Below are positions 16,799-25,791 of a stretch of DNA of 48,911 nucleotides, piece after piece. This DNA is from an uncultured Candidatus Saccharibacteria bacterium (GTDB lineage: Bacteria > Patescibacteriota > Minisyncoccia > Portnoybacterales > UBA2143), in the NCBI GenBank assembly GCA_964420115.1, contig CAYQQO010000001.1:5778-54688 (forward strand). The letters are read 5' to 3'. Under the pieces are notes generated by a model. That model made no database searches. It was not told the origin of the DNA and saw nothing but the letters and a program-made list of their open reading frames with translations. Each line of letters begins with the position of its first letter. Positions within the stretch are counted from its first letter, which is position 1. The translations under genes and the position numbers were made by a program.

Positions 16799-17517
16799 AA
16801 AGGTATACTAAAAATATGATAGCTATGGCCAGTCCTTCCAAAAAGGGGGTTTCTGTTTTAATGTATCATTCAGTTGATAATAATAATGTTTTTTTTACAG
16901 TCAGCCCTGAAAACTTTAAAAAACAAATGAACCGCCTTTTTAAAAGTCACTATCGCGTTATCCGTTTAGATGAGTTGATAGATGTTTTAGAAAAAGGGGA
17001 AAAGATGCCTAAAAAAACAGTTGTTTTAACATTTGACGACGGCTACAAGGATAATTATACAAATGCTTGGCCGATTTTAAGGAAATATAATTTCCCGGCA
17101 ATAATTTTTTTGACAGTTGATTTAGTGGGCCGAGAGATAAGCAATTCGCAAAATAGTTCCTTACCGGCTTTAAATTGGCAGGAGGCAAAAGAAATGAGCA
17201 ATTCGGGGTTGATTGAATTTGGCTCTCACAGCTTAACTCATCCCAAGCTTGATAAAATGGATATTTTAAAGGCAGAAAAAGAAATAATTATATCAAAGAA
17301 AATAATTGAAGATAAGATGGGCAAAGAATGTCTTTATTTTAGTTCTCCTAAGGGGCGCTATACTCCAGAAATTATAGAAGTTGTTAAGGAAAGCGGATAT
17401 AGAGCCTGCTTGGGCATCTCGGGAGGTTTTGTTAAAAAGGGGGATAATCTTTATCCGCTAAAAAGGAATTCTATTAATTCGACAACAACACTCATCCAAT
17501 TTAAGTCAAAAATATAA
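16789..17517 (+). CDS. Polysaccharide deacetylase (CE4 / NodB-homology; ArnD-like deacetylase or deformylase), 242 aa
   Basis: Motif 1 LTFDDGYKDNY and motif 2 GSHSLTHP, which together give the Asp-His-His metal triad. Confidence 0.8.
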   Translation: MLLKRYTKNMIAMASPSKKGVSVLMYHSVDNNNVFFTVSPENFKKQMNRLFKSHYRVIRLDELIDVLEKGEKMPKKTVVLTFDDGYKDNYTNAWPILRKYNFPAIIFLTVDLVGREISNSQNSSLPALNWQEAKEMSNSGLIEFGSHSLTHPKLDKMDILKAEKEIIISKKIIEDKMGKECLYFSSPKGRYTPEIIEVVKESGYRACLGISGGFVKKGDNLYPLKRNSINSTTTLIQFKSKI

Positions 17518-17540
17518 TTTTTTGGCGAGCGCAAGAAATC

Positions 17541-17594
17541 TCTCGGGCTGGGTATTTTTCTCGGACTAAGGGGCCTTCTCGGGCTAAAGAACGA
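17541..17594. repeat. Three tandem 18-bp units built around TCTCGGRCT
   Basis: TCTCGGGCT at 17541, TCTCGGACT at 17559 and TCTCGGGCT at 17577. The segment is GC-richer than its flanks and lies in the 83-bp gap before the methyltransferase gene. Confidence 0.7.
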
Positions 17595-17600
17595 AGGTTA

Positions 17601-18260
17601 ATGTATATGAAAAAATTTTTTGATTACACCAAACAAATATTTAGGGGGAAAAGCATTTATCGGATATTATTTAACTGGCAGGTGGAAAAACACTGCCGTG
17701 ATCTTGACGGCCTTTGCCTTGATTTGGCTGCTGGCGGGGAACCAAGTTATTACAATTATTTGTCTTTTTCAAAAGAAGCTAAATTAATTAAAGCTGATAA
17801 CAGCGAATTAAAAATATCCGATATGCGTTTGGACTTTAACCAGCCGCTGGCTTTAAAGGATAATTCTTTTGACAATGTTCTTTTTTTTAACGCAGTTTAT
17901 ATTGTCAGAAAGCCCGAAGCTCTTTTTAGAGAAATGCACCGCGTTTTAAAAGAAAACGGCCGCCTTTTTGTTTCTTCTCCTTATATTCTTAATGAAGCAA
18001 AGGAGCCGGATGATTTCAGGCGTTTAACTTCTCAAGGATTAGAGGAGGTTTTGAAAAACAGCGGCTTCCAAAAATTTGAAATAATCCCCTTTGGCAACAG
18101 GTTTACTGCCGCCGCTTTTCTGCTTAATTGTTTTTTTCTTTTTAATGTTGTTCGTTTTTTTGCTTGCGGTTTGGCTATTCTTTTGGATTATTTAGTCCCT
18201 AAAAACATTAAGAGGCGGCATCCTTGCCCTTTGGGGTACTTTATCATTGCTAAAAAATGA
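17601..18260 (+). CDS. Class I SAM-dependent methyltransferase with a hydrophobic C-terminus, 219 aa
   Basis: Motif I LCLDLAAGGE. Post-II segment VLFFNAVYIVRKPEALFREMHRVLKENGRLFVSSP. C-terminal TM-like segment AAAFLLNCFFLFNVVRFFACGLAILL. Confidence 0.7.
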   Translation: MYMKKFFDYTKQIFRGKSIYRILFNWQVEKHCRDLDGLCLDLAAGGEPSYYNYLSFSKEAKLIKADNSELKISDMRLDFNQPLALKDNSFDNVLFFNAVYIVRKPEALFREMHRVLKENGRLFVSSPYILNEAKEPDDFRRLTSQGLEEVLKNSGFQKFEIIPFGNRFTAAAFLLNCFFLFNVVRFFACGLAILLDYLVPKNIKRRHPCPLGYFIIAKK

Positions 18261-19402
18261 AAATATACTATATAAACAATACTCGTTTGCCGACAGAGAG
18301 GGCTCATGGCTTGCAAATTATGAAAACGTGCCAGGCGCTGGCTGACAAAGGCGTTTTTTTGGAATTAATTATTCCCCGGCGCTTTAATAAAATTAAAGAA
18401 AACCCCTTTGATTATTACGGAATTAAAAGTAGTTTCAAAATAAAAAAAATATTTTCTTTAGATATAACTTTCTTGGGCAAGTTATTGGGTAAAACTGCTT
18501 TTTTAAGTCAATCTGCTTCTTTTGCCAAAATTGCTTTTCTTTTTGTTTTTTTAAAAGTAAAAAAAAGCGATATTATTTATTCGCGCCACTTTTTTACATT
18601 GCTTTTTGTCAGTTTTTTGGATAGAAAATTTATTTATGAAATGCACACTTTCCCAAAAAAATACTTTTGGCACAAAAGAGTTTTTAAAAAATCATTCGGC
18701 ATAGTGGCAATTACTAACGGGCTTAAAAATAAATTAGTTGAGAAGGGGATTCCAGAGAATAAAATATTGGTTTTGCCCGATGGTGTAGATTTAAATCATT
18801 TTAATATTAATTTATCAAAAGCAGACTGCCGTCAGAAAGTCAATCTTCCAATTGATAAAAAAGTAATTTTGTACAGCGGGCATTTGTATAACTGGAAAGG
18901 CGGACAAACACTGGCTAAGGCGGCAGGATTTTTTGGCAATGACTATCTTTTTGTTTTTGTCGGCGGGACAAAAGAAGATATTAAAAGGTTTAAAAAAAGA
19001 ATATCAGCTTTTAAAAATATTATGCTCGTTGGCCATCAGCTGCACAAAAGTATCCCCTATTGGTTAAAGGCGGCTGATCTTCTTGTTTTGCCTAATTCCG
19101 GCAAAATGAATATTTCTAAATACTGGACATCGCCAATGAAGATGTTTGAATATATGGTCAGCAAAAGGCCGATTACAGCTTCTGATTTGCCTTCAATTAG
19201 AGAGGTCCTTAACGAAAACAACGCTTTTTTGGTTAAGCCAGACAACGAGAAATCATTGGCCGAAGGGATTAAATATTGTTTAAACAATTTGGATTTTTCC
19301 GAAAAAATATCAGAACAGGCCTTTAAAGACGTACAAAAATACAGTTGGGATAAAAGAGCAGAAAAATTTTTAAGTTTTATTAAAAAGGAAACAAAAAAAT
19401 GA
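18257..19402 (+). CDS. GT4-like glycosyltransferase, 381 aa
   Basis: GHLYNWKGGQTL and SPMKMFEYMVSKRPITASDLPSIREVL, a variant of the E-x7-E region. Confidence 0.7.
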   Translation: MKIYYINNTRLPTERAHGLQIMKTCQALADKGVFLELIIPRRFNKIKENPFDYYGIKSSFKIKKIFSLDITFLGKLLGKTAFLSQSASFAKIAFLFVFLKVKKSDIIYSRHFFTLLFVSFLDRKFIYEMHTFPKKYFWHKRVFKKSFGIVAITNGLKNKLVEKGIPENKILVLPDGVDLNHFNINLSKADCRQKVNLPIDKKVILYSGHLYNWKGGQTLAKAAGFFGNDYLFVFVGGTKEDIKRFKKRISAFKNIMLVGHQLHKSIPYWLKAADLLVLPNSGKMNISKYWTSPMKMFEYMVSKRPITASDLPSIREVLNENNAFLVKPDNEKSLAEGIKYCLNNLDFSEKISEQAFKDVQKYSWDKRAEKFLSFIKKETKK

Positions 19403-20490
19403 GAAAAAGCTTAGTTATTAATCAGGAGCAAATCGCTGATGTTAAAAACATTCTCAACCGGGCATATTACCCTTTAGACGGCTTTTTAAGAAAAAAGGAC
19501 TTTATAAGCGTTGTTTCTAATATGCGCTTGTCAGGCGGGCAGGTTTGGCCTATTCCTATTGTTTTAGATGCAGGGAGAGGTCAGGCGATTGATTCTAAAA
19601 AAGAAAAAGAATTAAATTTAATTGGTCCTGATAAAAAGCCCGTTGCCTTGTTAAAAGAAATAGAAATATACAAGTATAATAAAAGATTTTTAGCAGAGAA
19701 TGTCTTTGGCACATTAGATGAGAATCATCCCGGGGTGGAAAATATTTTTAAAATGAACAACTACTTAATTGGCGGCCGCATTGAAAAAGCAAAAGATTTA
19801 ATGGGAAAGAATAAGAGGGTTTCTCTTTTTGACAAATATAATTTGACTCCTTCCCAGACAAGGGATATCTTTAAAAGAAGGGGGTGGCGGAAAATAGTTG
19901 CTTTTCAGACAAGAAATATTCCTCATCGCTCACACGAAGCGCTTCAGAAATTAGCCTTAAGGCAAGTTGATGGTCTGTTTGTTCAGCCAGTTATCGGCTG
20001 GAAAAAAACAGGCGATTTTTTAGATGATGTTATAATCAAGAGTTACGAAATTTTGGTTGACAGATATTATCCGAAGGGAAAAGTTCAATTAGGTATTTTG
20101 CCCCTTAAAATGAGATACGCCGGACCAAGAGAAGCGATTTTTCACGCTTTAATAAGAAAAAACTATGGTTGCACCCATATGATTGTTGGAAGAGATCATG
20201 CCGGCATAGGTAATTATTATTCTTCATTTGCCGCCCAGGAAATTTTTAGTAATTTTCTGCCGGAGGAAATCGGTATTGATATAGTTAAGTTTGATAATTT
20301 TGTTTATTGCCAGATGTGTAAAAAATTTATTTCTCAAAGCAAATGTTCTCATTTAGATAAGGATAAATTATTTTTAAGCGGGACAAAAATAAGAGAATTG
20401 ATTAAAGAAGGACAGCCACTGCCTAAAAGATTAATTAGGAAGGAAATTAGCGATTTACTGCTTAATTACCCTAGCCCATTTGTTGATTAA
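19399..20490 (+). CDS. sat: Sulfate adenylyltransferase (ATP sulfurylase), 363 aa
   Basis: FQTRNIPHRSHEALQ (QxRNPxHxxH-type) and IVGRDHAGIG motifs. N-terminal PUA-like region. Confidence 0.9.
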   Translation: MRKSLVINQEQIADVKNILNRAYYPLDGFLRKKDFISVVSNMRLSGGQVWPIPIVLDAGRGQAIDSKKEKELNLIGPDKKPVALLKEIEIYKYNKRFLAENVFGTLDENHPGVENIFKMNNYLIGGRIEKAKDLMGKNKRVSLFDKYNLTPSQTRDIFKRRGWRKIVAFQTRNIPHRSHEALQKLALRQVDGLFVQPVIGWKKTGDFLDDVIIKSYEILVDRYYPKGKVQLGILPLKMRYAGPREAIFHALIRKNYGCTHMIVGRDHAGIGNYYSSFAAQEIFSNFLPEEIGIDIVKFDNFVYCQMCKKFISQSKCSHLDKDKLFLSGTKIRELIKEGQPLPKRLIRKEISDLLLNYPSPFVD

Positions 20491-20543
20491 CTTATAAAAT
20501 TGCGTCAGTGGCTTTATTTTATAAAAAGATTGCGAGGTAATAT

Positions 20544-21083
20544 ATGTGTAAAAATAAAGGATTTGTTTTGTGGTTTACCGGTCTTTCTATGGCCGGCAAA
20601 ACTACGGTAGCTAATAAGGTTTACAAAAAATTAAAAGAAAGGGGGTTGCGTGTAGAGAAGCTGGACGGCGATGTTGTCCGCCGCGGCCTGACAAGAGATT
20701 TAGGTTTTTCTCCAAAAGACAGGGATATGAATATAGAGAGAGTCGCTTTTGTGGCTAAAATACTAAGCAGAAATAATATTGGCGTTGTTTCCTCTTTTAT
20801 TTCTCCCTACAGAAAGCACAGACAGATGGTAAAAAGAAGTTCTCTTAATTTTATTGAGGTTTATGTTAACGCTCCTTTGGAAGTTTGTGAAAAAAGAGAT
20901 AAAAGAGGATTGTATAAAAAAGCTCGTTTGGGTCAAGTTAAATATTTTACTGGGATTTCCGATCCCTATCAGCCTCCTCTTGGGCCAGATATAGAACTTT
21001 TAACCGACAAAGAGACAGTTAATCAGAGCGCTGATAAGGTAATTAGTTATCTCTGCGCTAAAAAATTAGCGCCAAAAATTTAG
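20544..21083 (+). CDS. cysC: Adenylyl-sulfate (APS) kinase, 179 aa
   Basis: P-loop WFTGLSMAGKTTVA, then LDGDVVRRGL and SFISPYRKHR. GAGG Shine-Dalgarno 7 nt upstream of the start. Confidence 0.9.
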   Translation: MCKNKGFVLWFTGLSMAGKTTVANKVYKKLKERGLRVEKLDGDVVRRGLTRDLGFSPKDRDMNIERVAFVAKILSRNNIGVVSSFISPYRKHRQMVKRSSLNFIEVYVNAPLEVCEKRDKRGLYKKARLGQVKYFTGISDPYQPPLGPDIELLTDKETVNQSADKVISYLCAKKLAPKI

Positions 21084-21917
21084 ATTGAGACCAATTAATT
21101 TTTCCAGTTTCTTAATATCTTGCTGGTAAACTTTTAACAGCCTTTTTCTTGTTGACGGGTCAATTTGCGGATATTTGCCAATGGGGCTTGATATGATTTT
21201 ATCTATTAGTTCTATTATTTTTTTAAAACCTATTTTTTTGAAAAAATTAGCGACAATAACCCCGAATTTATATGAATTTATTTTTTTTATCGCTTTCCCC
21301 ATAGTTTTTTTAGCTAAAGCCGCGCGATAGTTTTTTGATGGGTTTTTAGTTTTCAACAAAGATGGAGGAATAAATTGGTCATTAACATTTAAAAACTGAT
21401 AGACCTTTTTGATAAAAGCTTTTGGGTCCCTGTTGATTTCTTCGTAAATTAAGATTAATATATTTTGGCGGGGGAATAATTTGAAATAGTTTGAGAGATA
21501 AGAATAATAAAACCCTCTTTTAGTTATTTCTGGATGTTTTTCAAGATATTCCTCAAAGGATTTGTTTTTGAATTCAAAGCTGGCGACTGACAGATAATTG
21601 GAAAAAGCTCTTTCTATCGGGTTTCTTAAACAAATAATCAGCTTTGTATCTGGGAAATGTTTTTTTATTTGTTTGGCGGTCGGAAAGGAGCTGTAATAGC
21701 CGGCATCGTATTCGCCCACTATTTGTTCTTTTTGGCAAAGGAAATGTTTGCTGTACCAATTGAGTCCGTAGTTATATGAGGGAGTGCCGAAAAAATGGAC
21801 TTCCTTTGGGGAAGACAAGCAAATTTGAGGGTGCTCTTTCAGGCAGTTGGCGATCCATGTGGTCCCTGCCCTTTGCACTCCGATGCCTATAAAATCAATT
21901 TTAAAACTATTTTTCAT
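21066..21917 (-). CDS. PAPS-dependent sulfotransferase, 283 aa
   Basis: 5'-PSB loop FIGIGVQRAGTTWI and 3'-PB motif LRNPIERAFSNY. Its 3' end overlaps the cysC 3' end by 18 nt. Confidence 0.8.
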   Translation of the reverse strand: MKNSFKIDFIGIGVQRAGTTWIANCLKEHPQICLSSPKEVHFFGTPSYNYGLNWYSKHFLCQKEQIVGEYDAGYYSSFPTAKQIKKHFPDTKLIICLRNPIERAFSNYLSVASFEFKNKSFEEYLEKHPEITKRGFYYSYLSNYFKLFPRQNILILIYEEINRDPKAFIKKVYQFLNVNDQFIPPSLLKTKNPSKNYRAALAKKTMGKAIKKINSYKFGVIVANFFKKIGFKKIIELIDKIISSPIGKYPQIDPSTRKRLLKVYQQDIKKLEKLIGLNLNFWR

Positions 21918-22107
21918 ATTCGCCTATATTTATTTATATCAACTTGTTTTTCCGGGGGTGGAAACAAGTTTTCATTCTTGCGCGCATTGTTATGTGAGTA
22001 AGCTCGTTTTCAAAGCCTTACAGACAGCTCTCTCATTTATTGCGTTAATCAAAGCATAAATAAGACATTTGGTAAAGTTCGCATTGAGAATATAGTAGTG
22101 TAATTTT

Positions 22108-23490
22108 ATGAAAATTTTATTCATTTTACCTAAAATTAATTCACCGACCAAATGGATAGTTGGCTTGGCGTACATGTCAGCAATTTTGAAAAAAGCCGGT
22201 TATCAAGTTGAATTATTGGAAGTTAACAAAAAAGAAGAGATTAAAAAAGTTGTCCCTTTAGTAAAATTGTGCCAACCAGCAATAATTGGCTTATCGGCAA
22301 ATTCTCATCAATACACATATGCTAAAGAAATAGCCAAGCAGATTAAATTAAACTTTAATATCCCTGTATTTTTAGGGGGCGTTCATGCTGCCTTAACGCC
22401 TGATCAGATTATTAAAGATGAAATTTTTGATGGAGTTTGTGTTGGAGAGGGCGAGAAGCCCTTTTTGGATTTAGTAAAAAGAATTGAAGAAGGCGAGGAT
22501 TACAGTGATGTATCTAATTTTTGGTTTTATTCGTCTGGTGGTTTTGTTAAAAACGATGTTGGCCCTCTAGTTTCTGATTTAGACGATTTGCCTTTACCTG
22601 ATATTTCTATTTTTAAATTTTACAACCAAGCTGGTCAAAGTGAAATCGTTCCCAGGTTTATTTTTTCTCGCGGCTGTCCCTTTAATTGCACTTATTGCTG
22701 TAATCACGTTTTCAAAAAAATTTATGCCGGTCATGGCAGATACCTAAGATTTAGAAGCGTTGACAAGGCCTTGGATGAAATTAGTTCGGTCAGAGAAAAA
22801 TATAATTTTAGTCATTTTAAAATTGATGATGACACCTTTTCTTTAAATAAAGATTGGTTGATTGAGTTTTGTAATAAATATAAAAAAAAGTTTGATATGA
22901 GCTTTGAGTGTAATATTAGGCCCGGTTCAGTAGATGAAGAAATATTACTCGCCTTAAAAGAAGCGGGTTGTAGTTTAATAAAAATTGGCCTGGAAACAGG
23001 CAATGAAGCCTTGAGAAAAGAAATACTTGGGCGTTCTATTACTAACCAAAATATTGTTGGGCTCTTCCAGTCAGCTAAAAAAGTTGGCTTAGATACTTTT
23101 TCTTTTAATATGATTGGAGTGCCCGGCGAGACAAAAGAAACTATAAAAGAAACCATTAATTTAAACGCCCAAGTTAAGCCAACTTTTATGCAGGTAACTG
23201 CCTTTTATCCTTATCTCGGGACTTTACTTGGCCAAAAATGCATTGACGAAGGGCTTATTGGTTCTTATCGGGTTGATTCATATATGGAAGAATCAATTCT
23301 AAGCTTGCCGAATTTGAGCGCTAAAGATATAAAAAGGGCGGTTAAAAATTTCCAGTTTAATGTCTATAAGAGCTATAGTATAGGGCGGGCCCTATTGGAA
23401 AAAAAGAGACATTTGAAAGGTTTTATTACCTCAAAGCCCTTTTTGGTAAAAATAATTAAGCCGGTTTATAAATTGATAAAATTTTCATGA
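22108..23490 (+). CDS. Cobalamin-binding (class B) radical SAM enzyme, 460 aa
   Basis: N-terminal B12-binding-type Rossmann region (IIGLSANSH...PVFLGGVHA). Cluster motif SRGCPFNCTYC (CX3CX2C). Confidence 0.8.
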   Translation: MKILFILPKINSPTKWIVGLAYMSAILKKAGYQVELLEVNKKEEIKKVVPLVKLCQPAIIGLSANSHQYTYAKEIAKQIKLNFNIPVFLGGVHAALTPDQIIKDEIFDGVCVGEGEKPFLDLVKRIEEGEDYSDVSNFWFYSSGGFVKNDVGPLVSDLDDLPLPDISIFKFYNQAGQSEIVPRFIFSRGCPFNCTYCCNHVFKKIYAGHGRYLRFRSVDKALDEISSVREKYNFSHFKIDDDTFSLNKDWLIEFCNKYKKKFDMSFECNIRPGSVDEEILLALKEAGCSLIKIGLETGNEALRKEILGRSITNQNIVGLFQSAKKVGLDTFSFNMIGVPGETKETIKETINLNAQVKPTFMQVTAFYPYLGTLLGQKCIDEGLIGSYRVDSYMEESILSLPNLSAKDIKRAVKNFQFNVYKSYSIGRALLEKKRHLKGFITSKPFLVKIIKPVYKLIKFS

Positions 23491-24914
23491 AAGTGGTTTT
23501 AGCGACAGCTCCCCGCGCTTTGGGAGAAATAGAAATGGCTGGTCTGCCCTTTTTGGGGGTGGGTTATTTAGCGTCTTATTTAGAAGAGGCCGGTCATAAA
23601 GCAGTAATTGTTGATTCCCACAGCGATAATTTAAGCGTGGAAAAAGCGGCAAAAAAAATTATTTCTTTTAATCCTGAAGTGGTTGGTGTGACAGCCACTA
23701 CTCACAACCGTCTGCAAGCTATCGCTTTAATAAAAACTTTAAAAAAAGAACAGCCTAATTTGTTAATTGTTGTTGGCGGCCCTCATTTTTCTTTAAGCGA
23801 CAAAGATGCGCTGAGTTCTGTTCCGGAAATTGATTGTGTTGTCAGGTATGAGGGGGAAATAACATTAAAAAAATTGTTGGATGTCTGGCCTGATGAAAAT
23901 AAATTAAAAAATGTTTTAGGGATTACTTACCGTAATAAAAAAGGTTCTGTTGTTTTTACTCCTGACAGGCCTTTTATAGAAAACTGGTCTAATTTGCCTT
24001 TTCCTGCTTGGCATCTTTACGATTTGGATAAATACCAAAAAAAAATTTATCAGACCGATTTCAGAACAATCGGCGTAATCTCGGCCCGCGGATGTCCTAA
24101 TGTTTGCACTTATTGCGCCAATGCCGCTTTTTGTAAATCAAAACTTCGCTTGCGCGATCCTAAAAATTTTGTTGATCAGTTGGAATTTCTAAAGAAAGAA
24201 TACGGCTTTGAAGGTTTTAATTTTTGGGACGATACTTTGACTGTTGTTAAAAGCCATGTTAAAGAGATTTGCCGTCAGATACTTAAAAGAAATCTAAATA
24301 TTAAATGGTATGCCCGGGCTCGGGTTAATACGGTTGATAAAGAAATTATTGAGTTAATGAGAAAGGCCGGCTGTATTAGGATAAGTTACGGCATAGAATC
24401 AGGCAGTCCGAGAATATTAAAGGTGATAAAGAAAAACATTACATTAGAGCAAGCCAGAGAAGCAATCGGTTTTTCTTCTCGGGCGGGCATGATTGTCAGT
24501 TTGAATTTTATTGTTAATTTGCCGACAGAAACAATGGATGATTTAAAAATGACAGCTGAATTAATAAAAGAGTTTAATCAAATGGAGCGGGTTAAGGCCA
24601 GTTATGGGTTTTTGCTTATTTATCCCGGAACAGAAGTGGAAAGATTTGCCAAGGAAAACGGCATTTTACCCAAAAATTTTTCTTGGAACAGCTCTCATCA
24701 AACAGAGAAATACAAGCTTATTAGCGAAGATCCCAGCGTTCCTTATATGGAATGGGAAGGCAAGAAAATAGAAACAGTTAAGGCCTTTATGGTTAAAAAT
24801 TTAAACACTAAAAGCGGCCTGATTAAAAAGGGGTATAAGAAATTAAAGCGGGTTAAATCATTAAAAGAGTTAAAAACCTTATCAAAGGCGGGAATTAAAT
24901 ATTTAAAAGGATAA
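23487..24914 (+). CDS. Cobalamin-binding (class B) radical SAM enzyme, 475 aa
   Basis: VVGVTATTHN...IVVGGPHFS, then ARGCPNVCTYC. ATGA overlap with the upstream gene. Confidence 0.8.
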   Translation: MKVVLATAPRALGEIEMAGLPFLGVGYLASYLEEAGHKAVIVDSHSDNLSVEKAAKKIISFNPEVVGVTATTHNRLQAIALIKTLKKEQPNLLIVVGGPHFSLSDKDALSSVPEIDCVVRYEGEITLKKLLDVWPDENKLKNVLGITYRNKKGSVVFTPDRPFIENWSNLPFPAWHLYDLDKYQKKIYQTDFRTIGVISARGCPNVCTYCANAAFCKSKLRLRDPKNFVDQLEFLKKEYGFEGFNFWDDTLTVVKSHVKEICRQILKRNLNIKWYARARVNTVDKEIIELMRKAGCIRISYGIESGSPRILKVIKKNITLEQAREAIGFSSRAGMIVSLNFIVNLPTETMDDLKMTAELIKEFNQMERVKASYGFLLIYPGTEVERFAKENGILPKNFSWNSSHQTEKYKLISEDPSVPYMEWEGKKIETVKAFMVKNLNTKSGLIKKGYKKLKRVKSLKELKTLSKAGIKYLKG

Positions 24915-25789
24915 TGAGCAAAGAATTCAAAATTGATTTTATCGGCATCGGCGCGCCAAGATGCGCTACTGGCTGGGTTTTTAATATTTTAAAAGAGCAC
25001 AAAGAGGTTTGTTTTTCTTTTGTTAAAGAAACACAATTTTTTAATATGGATTATAATTACGAAAAAGGATTGGCTTATTATGAAAACTTTTTTAAAGGTT
25101 GTCCAGAAGGGCAAATAAAAGGGGAGTTTACCCCTGCTTATTATTTGCAGGAGAAAACAGCTCAACGCATTAAAAATAATTTTCCTCGGGTTAAATTATT
25201 AATAGTTTTAAGAAATCCGATGCAAAGAGCATATTCTCATTACCTTTTTAACAAAACAAGAGGCGTCCCGGTTAAATCTACCTTTGAAAAAGAGATAGAG
25301 AGAAATCCCCAATATATAAATGATGGATTTTACTATAGGCATTTATCTAAATTTTTAAAATATTTTAATTCTAATCAAGTATTGGTTGTTATTTATGAAG
25401 ATATAATTTTAAAGCCGGAAAAAACAGCTGAAAAAATCTATAAGTTTTTAAATATAGATTATAAATTTATTCCTTCCTCTCTTAATAAAATAATTAATTC
25501 TTACAACAGTAGTTATTTGAAAATCCCCCTAATTAACCAGATAATGCAAAAAATTTGGAGAAAAACACGAGGATATCAATTAGGGAGAAAAGCGCTTATT
25601 TTTTTTAAATTGTTGGGGCTTAATAAAGTTGCTAAGTTTGTTTTAGAGGTAAACCGGGCTGAAAAAAAATCAGGTTCTGCTAAAGAGCAGATTAGATCGG
25701 GGACTAATAAAAAGCTAAAAGAAATATTTGAAAGCGATATTAAAAAATTAGAAAATTTTATAGGGAGAGATTTAAGTTTTTGGCAATAA
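24914..25789 (+). CDS. PAPS-dependent sulfotransferase, paralogue of 21066-21917, 291 aa
   Basis: FIGIGAPRCATGWV (variant 5'-PSB loop) and LRNPMQRAYSHY (3'-PB). The N- and C-termini align with the minus-strand paralogue (KIDFIGIG..., DIKKLE.FIG..L.FW). Confidence 0.75.
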   Translation: MSKEFKIDFIGIGAPRCATGWVFNILKEHKEVCFSFVKETQFFNMDYNYEKGLAYYENFFKGCPEGQIKGEFTPAYYLQEKTAQRIKNNFPRVKLLIVLRNPMQRAYSHYLFNKTRGVPVKSTFEKEIERNPQYINDGFYYRHLSKFLKYFNSNQVLVVIYEDIILKPEKTAEKIYKFLNIDYKFIPSSLNKIINSYNSSYLKIPLINQIMQKIWRKTRGYQLGRKALIFFKLLGLNKVAKFVLEVNRAEKKSGSAKEQIRSGTNKKLKEIFESDIKKLENFIGRDLSFWQ

Positions 25790-25791
25790 AT

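Noticed and set aside
21955-21990. GGAAAC-N17-CGCA in the divergent region as a third ECF-type promoter
   Set aside because: The -10 element is CGC rather than CGT, and the spacing is off by one relative to the two better sites. It is too weak to report.
21880-24951. A ~23-25-nt inverted repeat (AAAATTGATTTTAT[A/C]GGCATCGG) flanking the two B12-radical SAM genes, as a possible invertible switch
   Set aside because: It is simply the conserved codons for KIDFIGIG at the N-termini of the two oppositely oriented sulfotransferase paralogues. There is no recombinase nearby.
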